Assembly (NCBI GenBank): GCA_025558095.1
Contig: JAIVFI010000037.1
Span: 1 to 64,000 of the forward strand
Source of the DNA: Hyaloraphidium curvatum SAG 235-1
Taxonomy: Eukaryota > Fungi > Monoblepharomycota
DNA length: 64,000 nt
Direction of reading: 5' to 3'
Shown here: one piece after another, positions 52,746-63,097 of the stretch
How the letters are laid out: the number at the start of each line of letters is the position of its first letter
Numbering within the stretch: the stretch's first letter is position 1
The notes under the pieces: model-generated
Told to the model about the DNA's origin: nothing
The model's input: the letters and a program-made list of their open reading frames with translations, nothing else
Databases searched by the model: none
Program-made: the position numbers and the translations under genes

Positions 52746-54075
52746 ATGCCCCTCCTCCGCCCCCTCGCGCGCGCCTACTCGACGCTCCCCGCGTCGGTCG
52801 ACATCGCCGTGCTCGGCGCGGGTGTCGCGGGGCTCGCGGCCGCGCAGCAGATCCGCTCGACGGCGGGCTCGCGTGGCCCGTCGGTGGCGGTCCTCGAGGC
52901 CAGAACGAGGCCGCTGGGCAGGCTGCATTCGCTGGATTTGGGCAACGGCGTCAAGGCCGACGCCGGGGCGCAGTGGCTCCACGCCGACGCCGCGAAGGCG
53001 GGGGCGTTGGAGGGCTGGTTCCGGGAAGCCGGCGTGTCCTATTCCGAATGGCACGTCGAGGAGCGCGCCCTGGACGTTCCCGACCCCCTCTCGCTCCCCG
53101 CTGGCGACAAGAGCGAGCCCGTGGACGCGCTCAGGGCCAACCTCGCGCCCGGTGCCCCTGGGACCAACCTCCTGTTCCCGGGCGGGCTGGCAAAGACTTT
53201 CGGGCCGCTGGCGGACGGGTTGGACGTTCGGTACGGGGTCAAAGTGACGGGAATCAGGGTGGGCGAGGGCAAGGGGAGGAAGGTGGCGGTTGAGACGGGC
53301 GAGGGGACGGTCGAGGCGGACTGGGTGGTCTGCGCGCTGCCTCTCCGTGAGTGTGATGCGGGATCGACCCGACGTTCGTTCGACGCTGATCCGTTTCTTC
53401 CGCCTGTTCTCCGTCCCGCCTCGCCTTTCGGCCCTCGTTTCCGCCCTCCCGCCCACAGCCATCCTCCGCTCCCTCCCAATCACCCCCTCCCTGACCCCCA
53501 CGCACCTCTCCTCCCTATCCCAACTCCGCACCCGCACCCTCGAAAAGCTCCTCCTCCCCCTCCCCCCTTCCCTCCCCGCGCAGCTCTTCGGCACCGCCCA
53601 CAGGCTGCTCCTCCGCACTCCCACCCGGGGCAGGTTCACCCTCCTCGACATGCGCCCGTGGACAGGGCAGCCGTGGGCGGGCCTGTTCGCCACGGACGAG
53701 GCCGGGAAGGCGCTGGCGTCGTTGAGCGAGGAGGAGGCGGGGGAGGTGGGCAGGGAGCTCGTCCTCGGCGCCGTCCGCGCGGCGGGCCTCCCTGCGCCCG
53801 ATCTCCCCACCAAGGGCGCCGTGCGCAGCGCATGGTCGCTCGACCCCTTCTCCCTCGGCTCGTTCACATCCGTGCTCCCCGGCGCCAGCTACTCCCCGCT
53901 CCCGCCGATCACCCTGCCGGGGGAGGACGGCCCCGAGCCGCGGGTGCTGTTCGCGGGGGAGCACGCGCCGCCGAGCGGCAGTGCGGGGGACGTGGGGACG
54001 GTGCAGGGGGCGTGGATGTCGGGGGTGAGGGCGGGGGAGGAGGCGGGGTTGGCGTGGGGGGCGTCGAGGTTGTGA
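52746..54075 (+). CDS. Flavin-containing amine oxidase, one intron; N-terminal presequence-like segment and C-terminal SRL
   Basis: VLGAGVAGLAAA, VLEARTRPLGR, DAGAQWLH, WSLDPFSLGSF, VLFAGEH, GTVQGAWMSGVRAG. Confidence 0.85.
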
Positions 54076-54186
54076 TGCAACCGGGCACCGTGAGAGAAGG
54101 CGGGAAGCAAGGAAGGGGTGATAGAGACTGGCATAGCCGACGAATCGGATCGGGTTCGCTGTCCGGCGCGGTGATGATTTCGTCTC

Positions 54187-55836
54187 CTAGCGACCCCGGA
54201 TCCGTATGAGCTCCCGTGCTACCTCGGCCATCGTCGGCCGCTCGCCCATCTCCTCCTTCCAGCACGACAGCATCAGCGACCACACGGCGTCCGGTACGTT
54301 GGCGGGCCTCTGGGGCCGCTTGCGGCCGAAGATGGCCTTCATGATCTGGTGCGGAAGACAATTAGATCCGTGTCCTGTCCACGGTCGGTCGACGTGCCGC
54401 TGGCGGGTTGTTGAGCTCCGCAAACGGGTCCCTGCCGCCCGATAGCACCTGGTAGCACATCATCCCGAACGTCCACACGTCTGACGGCTTGCGCAGCGGC
54501 TCCTCGTCAAAGTACTCGGGCGGCGCGTAGCGCACCGTGGCGCCGCCGAGCCCCTGGTACTGGTACGCCTTGTTGCCCTTGGTGTCCTCGACCCGCGTGC
54601 GCACCTTGGCCAGGCCGAAGTCGGCGATCTTGGCCACGGGCATGCGGCCGCCGTCCTCGACGAGGACGTTCTCGGCCTTGAGGTCCGAGTGGATGACGCC
54701 CTTGGAGTGCAGGAAGGTCATGCCGAAGGCGGCGTCTTGGGGTGCAGCGAGAGGGCGGGGTCCCAGTTGCGGGCGGCTAAGAAGCTCTTCATGCTTCCGC
54801 CCGTGAAGAGCTTGGTGATCAGGAACGTCGGCGACGTGCGGTAGCCGAGCAGCGCGACCCTGCTCTGCCGACTTGCGGTACCACTGCTCGGCCTCTACCA
54901 GGTCCTTGACAACGCCCCAGCCATTTTCGTAGCACCGTCCGAGGTTGATCTGCCCCAAAGCATTGCCCTGGTCGGCCGACTTGCGGTACCACCGCACGGC
55001 CTCGGCATAATCCTGGGGGACGCCCCAGCCGTTTTCGTAGCACCGTCCCAGGTCTTTCTGCCCGTACGAGTTGCCCTGGTCGGCCGATTTGCGGTACCAC
55101 CGGACGGCCTCCGCGAGGTCCTTGGCCACGCCCCGTCCGTCCTCGAAGCAGGATCCTAGGTTGCTCTGCGCATTGCCATTCCCTTGGTCTGCAGACCAGC
55201 GATACCACCGCACGGCCTCGGCATAATCCTGGGGGACGCCCCAGCCCTTCTCGTAACAGACTCCGAGGGCGTGCTGCCCGTACTCATTGCCCTGCTCTGC
55301 CGACTTGCGGTACCACTGCTCGGCCTCTACCAGGTCCTTGGCAACGCCCCAGCCATTTTCGTAGCACCGTCCGAGGTTGATCTGCCCCAAAGCATTGCCC
55401 TGATCGGCCGACTTGCGGTACCATCGCTCAGCCTCTACTAGGCCCCTGGAACGCCCCAGCCGTTCTCATAGCACCGTCCCAGATTGAGCTGGCCATCTGC
55501 ACTACCCTGGTCGGCCGACTTGCGGTACCACTTCGCGGCCTCGACGAGATCCTTGACCACACCCCAGCCGTTCTCGCAGCAACGTCCAAGGTCATTCTGC
55601 CGGTACGGGTTCCCCTGGTCGGCCGACTTGCGGTACCACCGCGCCGCCTCAACAAGGTCCTTCGTCATGCCCCAGCCGAGCTCGTAACACATCCCAAGGT
55701 TCCTCTGCCCGTGCGAGTGGCCCTTGTCCGCCGCCTTGCGATACCACTTTGCTGCCTGGACAAGGTCCTTCGCCACGCCATCGCCCTTCTCGTACTTCAG
55801 ACCCCGGCGATTGCAATCCTCCGCACTCTCGAACAT
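54187..55836 (-). pseudogene. Sel1-kinase copy 3: 9 repeats, frameshift in repeat 4, coiled coil and kinase N-lobe deleted
   Basis: Repeat ..KSAEQG joined directly to gtcgcgctgctcggctac (kinase exon 2) near 54858; frameshift and stop near 55440. Confidence 0.85.
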
Positions 55837-56466
55837 TGCTCTTCGCGCCGCGAGGACGAGGAACACCGTCGGACGTCGAGAATCGGGAGGGAACGGCCCT
55901 GAAGAGGAGCAGGCTGGTGCCACTTGATTTGACTGACTGACTTTCGCTCGTGACTGACTTCACCTGGAGCCCGAGAAACGGACTCTAAAGGCAATTCAAT
56001 GATGATTTGAGCCCTATAGCCGTCCGCCGGAGCCGGCACGGGCGATTCGGGGCACACGAGCACCTCGCACCGGGCGTCAGCCAGCCCGGAACGCGTCTGC
56101 GCATCACACGGAAAGAGAACCACCGGAGACGAAACAATACGAGGGGATCAGGTCCCGGAGCTCTGCAGGCCCAATCGCTCGTGGTGCCGCCTGGAGGCTC
56201 ATTTTTGTGACTTCGCGTCTGTTGATGCCGATCCGTCCAATCGAGGACCGGAGCGCGACCACGGGTCCTCGGAGTAAGCTATGAGATTAGGACGCATGCG
56301 GATGCGGGATGAAGCTGCCAAATTGATTCCGCGACCGACTCACTCGCCTCCGCGCCCGATGATGACTCGATGAATTCGCGCCATTTTCCTCCTCCACGCC
56401 CACCGTGTTCTGCACCCCCTCCGCCGCAAAAAAACCCCCATCCGCACCGCTGAAAAGCCATCGAAA

Positions 56467-57765
56467 ATGGTCGCCTCGCAGCAGGTCGTCTCGGCCACCT
56501 CCGGCACCCCCTCCCGCGCCCGGGCCGCCCGCGACGCCCCCAACTCCGCCGACCCCACCTCCCTCGCCGCGCTCCTCCTCTCCCCCACCCTGTCCCACGC
56601 CGACGCGCTCACGATTGCCGAGCTCATCTCCGCCCCGCTGGATCGCACGGCCGAGTATTACCGCCACCTCGCGCTCGCCAGCACCCCGCCGCCCCCTTTC
56701 CTCCCCACCGCCGTCGACCCCGGGTTCGCCGCCAGTGTGCCCGCGACGCTCAAAGCCGTCATGGGCGCCGCCAAGCTCGCATGGAAGCTGGCTCCCCGCC
56801 GCGGCGGCCCGGGCGGGCGAGGTGACGTGGCGGACCGCGGCCCGGTCGCGCTCGCCGTCGCGCACGGGGCGCTCCTGCCGACCCTCGGATGGATCCGGGC
56901 GGCGTTTGACGAGGGAACGATGCGGAGGTGGGGCGTGGTCGGGCCGTTCCCCGCGGACGCGTCATCCACTGCGCACGAGCCGGCTGGCGGCAAGCCCGGG
57001 GCGGACGTTCGCGCCGCGTTCCTCGAGGCATTCGTGCTGCCCCTCGACGCATGCATGATGGTCCTCCGCCCGCTCGAAGAGCACGCGGCGCTGCGGCGCA
57101 GGCTCGCCAGGCGGCCGGACTACGCCGAGGCGTCGGCCTTGCTCGCGCTGCTTGCCGACCCCGTGCGGGCGCTGTTCGAGCAAAAGGACTGGATGGCAGC
57201 GCCGGACGAGGACAAGATTGCGGCGATGCGCGCACTCGCCGGCGCCGGCACGGGGATCGCGATGGTGCTCCACGAGGACCCCGGGCCCGTGAGGGCGTAC
57301 CGCCTCCGCGCGGCCAACGGGGGGCGGCGCGACCTCGTCGGCGCGCTCTGCGGCTCGTTGGGCAGGCTCGCCTGGCTGGCCGAGCGCCGCGGGTTGCCGG
57401 GGGCCGAGGCGGCGGGGGTCGCGGCGGGGCTTCTCGCGGCCGCGATCGGAGTGCGGGGAAGGGAAGGGGGCTGGGCGACGCAGACGAGCGAGGCGATGGA
57501 GTCCGGGGCGCAGGAGCTGATGGAGACCAAGAGGCAGGCCGAGGGCCCCGGGACGGACCGGTGTGACGCGTGCGGCAGGCCGGAATCAGGGGGCAAGCTC
57601 ATGTGGTGCGCGCGGTGCGGGTTCGCGAGGTACTGCTCGCGCGAGTGCCAGCGCGGGGACTGGAAGGCGGGGCACGGGAAGGGGTGCGCGGGGGTGCCGG
57701 TGCCGGGGTTCGGGCAGGGGGCGAAGGGGGGCGCGATCGGGGGCGGCGGGAGGATGGCGGGGTGA
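56467..57765 (+). CDS. MYND zinc-finger protein with helical N-terminal region
   Basis: CDACGRPESGGKLMWCARCGFARYCSRECQRGDWKAGHGKGC. Confidence 0.85.
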   Translation: MVASQQVVSATSGTPSRARAARDAPNSADPTSLAALLLSPTLSHADALTIAELISAPLDRTAEYYRHLALASTPPPPFLPTAVDPGFAASVPATLKAVMGAAKLAWKLAPRRGGPGGRGDVADRGPVALAVAHGALLPTLGWIRAAFDEGTMRRWGVVGPFPADASSTAHEPAGGKPGADVRAAFLEAFVLPLDACMMVLRPLEEHAALRRRLARRPDYAEASALLALLADPVRALFEQKDWMAAPDEDKIAAMRALAGAGTGIAMVLHEDPGPVRAYRLRAANGGRRDLVGALCGSLGRLAWLAERRGLPGAEAAGVAAGLLAAAIGVRGREGGWATQTSEAMESGAQELMETKRQAEGPGTDRCDACGRPESGGKLMWCARCGFARYCSRECQRGDWKAGHGKGCAGVPVPGFGQGAKGGAIGGGGRMAG

Positions 57766-57951
57766 GCAAGCGGCAAAGGATGGAGGTACTCGCCCAGGAA
57801 CATTCGGGAGAGGAAGAGCTAGAGGGACACGGCTGCGGAGCAGGGCCATGTACAGTATCGGGAAAGGTGTGGGCGCGGGGCGAGGAAAAAGTGCTTCGGC
57901 GACGGGGAAAGGCAAGAGACGTTTAGGTCCGATCCCCCCCCCGCCGACGGC

Positions 57952-59070
57952 TCACCCCCACTCCTCCGTCGCGTTCCCCACCCTCCCCCACCTCTCCGCC
58001 ACCGCCAAGCACTCGACGCACATCACCCCCCACCCCCCCAACCCACGCAGCACGCCCCACCCCTCCCCCGCGTCCCCCCCGCGGCGCCACGCGAACGCCT
58101 CCCTGCCAACCTTCTTCAAATACCCGGCGGCTTCCTCGCCGCTCGAAAACGCCGCCAGCGCGACCGCCGCGCCGCGGGGGAACTGCTGCACGTTCATCGG
58201 CGGGAGCACCAGCGGCACCGTGTTCCCCGCCAATGCTTCGTACGCCTCCCGCGGGGGCATCTCCGACCCCTCCGCGGGCCGCGGGAACGCGGCGAACCTG
58301 TACCCGGCCAATTCGCCCGCCGTGGCGTTGCACCCCAGCCGGGCCAGCGCGTCCAGCTGCTCCAGCTCCACGAGCAGGCGGGGGGTGATGGTGCCGGGGC
58401 AGTCGGCGTAGGCGACGCGGGGGTCCTTTGCGAGGAACGCGGCCAAGGCCTTGCGGGGGGGGGTGCGGCCGGGGGTGAGGGCGGCGAGGAGGGCGGCGTC
58501 CAGGGGGACAACGGGCGCGTCGGCGCCCGCCTCGGGGGAAGACAGCAGCTCGAACGCGTCGGCGAGGACGGGTTCGGCGCCGTTGGGCGCGCGCAGGAGC
58601 CACGGCACCCATTCCGGCGCGTCGCCGGCGGCCTCGGGCCCGAACGCGCCCTCCAATCTCGAGCGGTCGCGGACCGCCGCTTCCGCGTGGAACGCGATCG
58701 CCGACGCCGCGGAGAAGGCGGGCCCGGCGGGGGGCGGCGGGTGGTGGCAGCACGCCACGGGGCACGGGGGGCACTCCTTCCTCCCCATCGCCTGCGGCGA
58801 GCCCGGCGCGGGCGCGGCCCAGACGACGTCCACCGGCCCGCGGTGTTTACCCGCGGCGCTCCGCAGGGCGGCGAGCGTGCGCGCGCGTCGGCACAGCGGC
58901 GCGGGGAGCCCGCGGCATTCGGCCGGGTGGGGCGGCTGCCGCGCGCTGCGCGGGGCCGGGGGGGCGGGCGGCGCGGGGCGGTGGTACGCGGCAATGTAGG
59001 CCAGCCGGAGGAGAACGAAGAGGGGGAGGAGCGCGGCGAGGAGGGCGGATTTCCGGAGGGAGGCCCGCAT
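57952..59070 (-). CDS. Degenerate GT10 alpha-1,3-fucosyltransferase-like type II membrane protein
   Basis: TM anchor and Pro-rich stem; ASAIAFH; YRFAAFPRP..PREAYEALAGNTVPLVL resembles YKFxLxFEN..TEK..AL..xVPxV. Confidence 0.5.
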   Translation of the reverse strand: MRASLRKSALLAALLPLFVLLRLAYIAAYHRPAPPAPPAPRSARQPPHPAECRGLPAPLCRRARTLAALRSAAGKHRGPVDVVWAAPAPGSPQAMGRKECPPCPVACCHHPPPPAGPAFSAASAIAFHAEAAVRDRSRLEGAFGPEAAGDAPEWVPWLLRAPNGAEPVLADAFELLSSPEAGADAPVVPLDAALLAALTPGRTPPRKALAAFLAKDPRVAYADCPGTITPRLLVELEQLDALARLGCNATAGELAGYRFAAFPRPAEGSEMPPREAYEALAGNTVPLVLPPMNVQQFPRGAAVALAAFSSGEEAAGYLKKVGREAFAWRRGGDAGEGWGVLRGLGGWGVMCVECLAVAERWGRVGNATEEWG

Positions 59071-59186
59071 TTCGGTGGGACGCGGGGTGCGGTGACCGTT
59101 GCTGGGAGGCGCGTGCGGCGCGGTTGCGGCAGGCGGTGCACGCACGGAATCGGAACCCGGCAAGGACGGATTCACATAAAGCGGAA

Positions 59187-59250
59187 GACAAAGCTCTTGA
59201 TCTAGTACACGAATGCAATGCTTGCAGCGGCGCGCAAGGCCGCGGGTATC
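59187..59250 (+). repeat. About 65-bp direct repeat (left); partner at 62154-62219
   Basis: gacaaagctcttgatctagtacacgaatgcaa...gcggcgcgcaaggccgcgggtatc in both copies. Confidence 0.9.
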
Positions 59251-59679
59251 CTCGATTTGCAGGAGCGAAGGAGGAAAGAGCGAAGGAGGAAAGCTGTCGC
59301 CGCGTCGGAAGAGATCGGGGGGACGACAATCCGTGTTGCGGTTTCGGCCAATCGATCAGCTCCACGAAATGTCGGATCGGCTCTTTTTCGTCAACAGCGG
59401 CTCTCTTTCCGTGCGTCTCACGCACCGGTGGCCTGCCGACACCCTCTGCGAGCTGCCGGTCCGCCCCGAATCCCCCCGAAATGGATCGGGCGTGCCCCCT
59501 ATCGACTCGCTGCATCATCGGATCGTCCGTCAGAGTCCGTTTTTCGGGCTCCACGGCAAGTCGGTCACGGGCACAAAGTCAGTCAAACCCGCGACACCAG
59601 CCCGCTCCCCCCTCAGGGCTCCACTCCGTGCGTTTCCTCGGCTTAGGACTGGTTCCGCGGGCTCGTTGCTTACAGAACC

Positions 59680-61932
59680 ATGAGCGAGGGCGGGGAAGAG
59701 TGCAATCGCCGGGGTTGGAAGTACGAGAACGGCGACGGCGTGGCAAAAGACCTGGTCGAGGCCGCCAAGTGGTACCGCAAGTCGGCGGAGCAGGGCGACG
59801 CCAACGGACAGTGCAACCTCGGCCGGTGCATCGAGAACGGGTGGGGCTTCGTAAAGGATGTCGACGTGGCCATGGGGTGGTACCGTCTGTCGGCCAACCA
59901 GGGCAACGCCAGCGGGCAGGACAACCTCGGACGGTGCTACGCGAACGGCTGGGGAGTCGCCAAGGACCTCGTCGAAGCCGTCAAGTGGCACCGCAAATCG
60001 GCTGAGCAGGGCAACGCCTTGGGGCAATACAACCTCGGACGGTGCTACGAGTACGGCTTGGGCGTTTCGCAGGACCACGTCGAAGCAGCACGGTGGTACC
60101 GCAAGTCGGCCGAGCAGGGGGACGCGTACGGCCAGAGGGCCCTCGGAACCTGCTACGAGAGCGGCTGCGGCGTCGCCACAAATTTGGCCGAGGCCGCAAA
60201 GTGGTACCGCAAGGCGGCCGACCAGGGCAACGCCTTGGGGCAATACAACCTCGGACGGTGCTACGAGAACGGCCGGGGCGTGGCCCAGGACGTCGCCGAA
60301 GCCGTGCGATGGTACCGCAAGTCAGCCGACCAGGGCGATGCGTACGTGCAGTTCTACCTCGGCGTGTGCTACGAAAACGGCTGGGGCGTGGCAAAGGATC
60401 TCATCGAGGCAGCCCGCTGTTACCGAAGATCGGCCGAGCAAGGCAACGCAGACGGCCAGAACGCCCTGGGATTCTGCTACGAGGTCGGCAAGGTCTTCGA
60501 CGTCAATCTCTCCTTGGCGCTGGATCTGTACCGGAAGGCGGCCGGACAGGGTCACGCGGACGCCAAGCTGGGTGCGGAGCGGGTGGAGGCAGCTCTCCAA
60601 GAGCAGCATTCTGCGGAAGAAGGCCGGCGGGGAGAAAAGGTCGAGGCAGCAGGTCGAAATCATGCTGCTGCCGAGGCCCGGACCGGGCAAGATGCGGGAG
60701 CCGATGCTGGGCGCCGCCGGGAAGAGGGCCTGGCGCACGAGCGCGAGAGGCTCGAGTTGCAACGTCGGATGGTGGAGCTCGAGAACGAGACCAAAGCGAG
60801 GGAACTGGCGCTGCTGGCCGAGAAGCTGAAGCTGGAGCAGGAGCTCGCGGCGTTGAAGGTCCCGCAAGCGCAGACGCCGCAAGACGGGTCGGGTCGGACC
60901 GCGGTTCCCAGCCCTCCCGGAAGCGCACGCACGGATCGCACGGCGGAGGGGAACGCCAAGCCAGGCCTGCCTCGCTCCAAGACGTCGTTCTGGGTGGACG
61001 AGGCCGACATCTCGTACGACCGGTCGAGCTGCCTCGGCAAGGGCGGCTTCGGGATCGTCTACCGCGGCAAGTACCTCGGACTGACGGACGTGGCCGTCAA
61101 GGTGGCTCTAGATACGTACAGCACGGAGGACGCCAACTTGTTCCTGGAGGCCGAGGTCAAGGCCTGGGCCGAGCTGCCCGCGCATGATAACGGTGAGCCA
61201 ATGGACTTCAGGCGGTGACTCGTGTCATTGCTCATCCGATCGTTCGCAAGTGGTCGCGCTGCTCGGCTACCGCACGTCGCCGACGTTCCTGATAACCAAG
61301 CTCTTCACGGGCGGGAGCATGAAGAGCTTCCTCGCCGCCCGCAACTGGGACCCCGCCCTGTCGCTGCACCTCCTCGCCGACGCCGCCGTCGGCATGACCT
61401 TCCTGCACTCCAAGGGCGTCATCCACTCGGACCTCAAGGCCGAGAACGTCCTCGTCGAGGACGGCGGCCGCATGCCCGTGGCCAAGATCGCCGACTTCGG
61501 CCTGGCCAAGGTGCGCACGCGGGTCGAGGACACCAAGGGCAACAAGGCGTACCAGTACCAGGGGCTCGGCGGCGCCACGGTGCGCTACGCGCCGCCCGAG
61601 TACTTTGACGAGGAGCCGCTGCGCAAGCCGTCGGACGTGTGGACGTTCGGGATGATGTGCTACCAGGTGCTATCGGGCGGCAGGGACCCGTTTGCGGAGC
61701 TCAACAACCCGCCAGCGGTACGTCGACGGACCGTGGACAGGCAGAACACGGATCTGATTGTCTTCCGCGCCAGATCATGAAGGCCATCTTCGGCGGCAAG
61801 CGGCCCCAGAGGCCCGGTAACGTGCCGGACGCGGTGTGGTCGCTGATGCAGTCGTGCTGGAAGGAGGAGATGGGCGAGCGGCCGACCATGGCCGAGGTGG
61901 CGCGGGAGCTCGTCCGGATCCGCGGTCGCTAG
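59680..61932 (+). CDS. Sel1-repeat (8 units) / coiled-coil / TKL-type protein kinase, copy 4
   Basis: Same architecture and intron positions as copies 1 and 2. Confidence 0.9.
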
Positions 61933-61986
61933 GCGGCAACAGCTGTCCCCGCTTTGGATTAGATGCTTGAGCATGTACGTCGTGAC

Positions 61987-62073
61987 GCTGCCGCTCGGCG
62001 GCGCGTGCTTCCCCGCGAACAGCACCCGCGGCCTGGGGCCGGCCCCCCCCCCGGCCACGGACCCGGGGGAAGC
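61987..62073 (-). pseudogene. Remnant of the amine oxidase 3' end
   Basis: PRVLFAGKHAPPSGS vs PRVLFAGEHAPPSGS at about 53938-53982. Confidence 0.8.
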
Positions 62074-62153
62074 ATCGCGTGGTTCGAGCGACCTGGACAG
62101 GTCCGCGGGATCGGAGCGGGACGGACCGCAGAGTGGGTCGGCCAAAACGGCCG

Positions 62154-62219
62154 GACAAAGCTCTTGATCTAGTACACGAATGCAAAGCTGGCGGGGCGGC
62201 GCGCAAGGCCGCGGGTATC
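62154..62219 (+). repeat. About 65-bp direct repeat (right); partner at 59187-59250
   Basis: 32-nt identical core plus an identical 3' block. Confidence 0.9.
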
Positions 62220-62293
62220 GCACCCCTCGAACGGGGGAGGTATGTACGGGTCCGAACGGTCCGACTGACGCGCCCCGTGCACGCTGCCACCGG

Positions 62294-63097
62294 TCACCAC
62301 ACGCCGTAGTCCAGCATCTCCAGCATCTCCCTCTCTGCGGTCCTCACCGCCTCGACGGGGAACCCCCCCGCCTCGGCAAACACCCGCAGCGGCGGCCCCC
62401 GCCCGTCCTCGGCAAACTTCCTCGCGAGCATGCACGAGACCACCATGACGAGGTAGTGCGTGCCCCACGAGGTGGAGGAGCGGCGCAGGCGGTCCGTCGA
62501 TGCGGGTGCGCTCGTTCCCCGGGGGTAGGCGGTGCCGGATTCGAGCTTTGCCCGCAGCCTGCGGACCAGCCCGCACGCGCGCCGCAGCACGCCGTCGTCC
62601 AGGCCCGCGGCGGCGGCCACCCTGTCCAGATAGCGGGCCAGCTTGTCCGCGTCGGCGTGTGCCCGCGCGAGGTGCAGCGCCAGGTCGTTTCCAGAAAGCA
62701 GCCGCGGACAGCCCGGGTGCGCGCAGGCGCCGAACCAGCAGAAGTGTGCCGCCTCGAGGCACTCTGCTAGTGCGTCCGCGGGGTCCGGCTGGCGGGCGAC
62801 GAGCGTGGCATCGGGGTCGTTGTCCGTTTCCGGCCACGCCGGCGGGCCCTTCCCGCCCGGCCACTCTGCCGGCTCCCCGCCCGGCGACGACGCCGCCGAG
62901 TCCGCGCAGTCCGCCGCGCCGCACGCGCCGCACTCGCCGCCGCAGCTCCCCCCCGACCCGTGGGTCCGGTGCAGCCCCGAGGTGCCCCCCTGCCCCGCCC
63001 ACTCCTCCTCCTCCCCCACGGCGGGCGCAGACAGCGCGCGTATCATCGCGCGCAGCTTCTCCGCCGTCGCCGCGGGCGGCGGGTACGCGGCGTCCAT
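62294..63097 (-). CDS. PHO80/PCL-type cyclin-like protein
   Basis: YLDRV..RACGLVRRL..HYLVMVVSCMLARKFAED..VFAEAGGFPVEAVRTAEREMLEMLDY cyclin box. Confidence 0.7.
   Translation of the reverse strand: MDAAYPPPAATAEKLRAMIRALSAPAVGEEEEWAGQGGTSGLHRTHGSGGSCGGECGACGAADCADSAASSPGGEPAEWPGGKGPPAWPETDNDPDATLVARQPDPADALAECLEAAHFCWFGACAHPGCPRLLSGNDLALHLARAHADADKLARYLDRVAAAAGLDDGVLRRACGLVRRLRAKLESGTAYPRGTSAPASTDRLRRSSTSWGTHYLVMVVSCMLARKFAEDGRGPPLRVFAEAGGFPVEAVRTAEREMLEMLDYGVW

Noticed and set aside
59187-59250. CTAG plus GC hairpin in the direct repeat as a Helitron 3' end
   Set aside because: Spacing and the base after CTAG do not fit on the hairpin-bearing strand, and there is no RepHel gene in the window.
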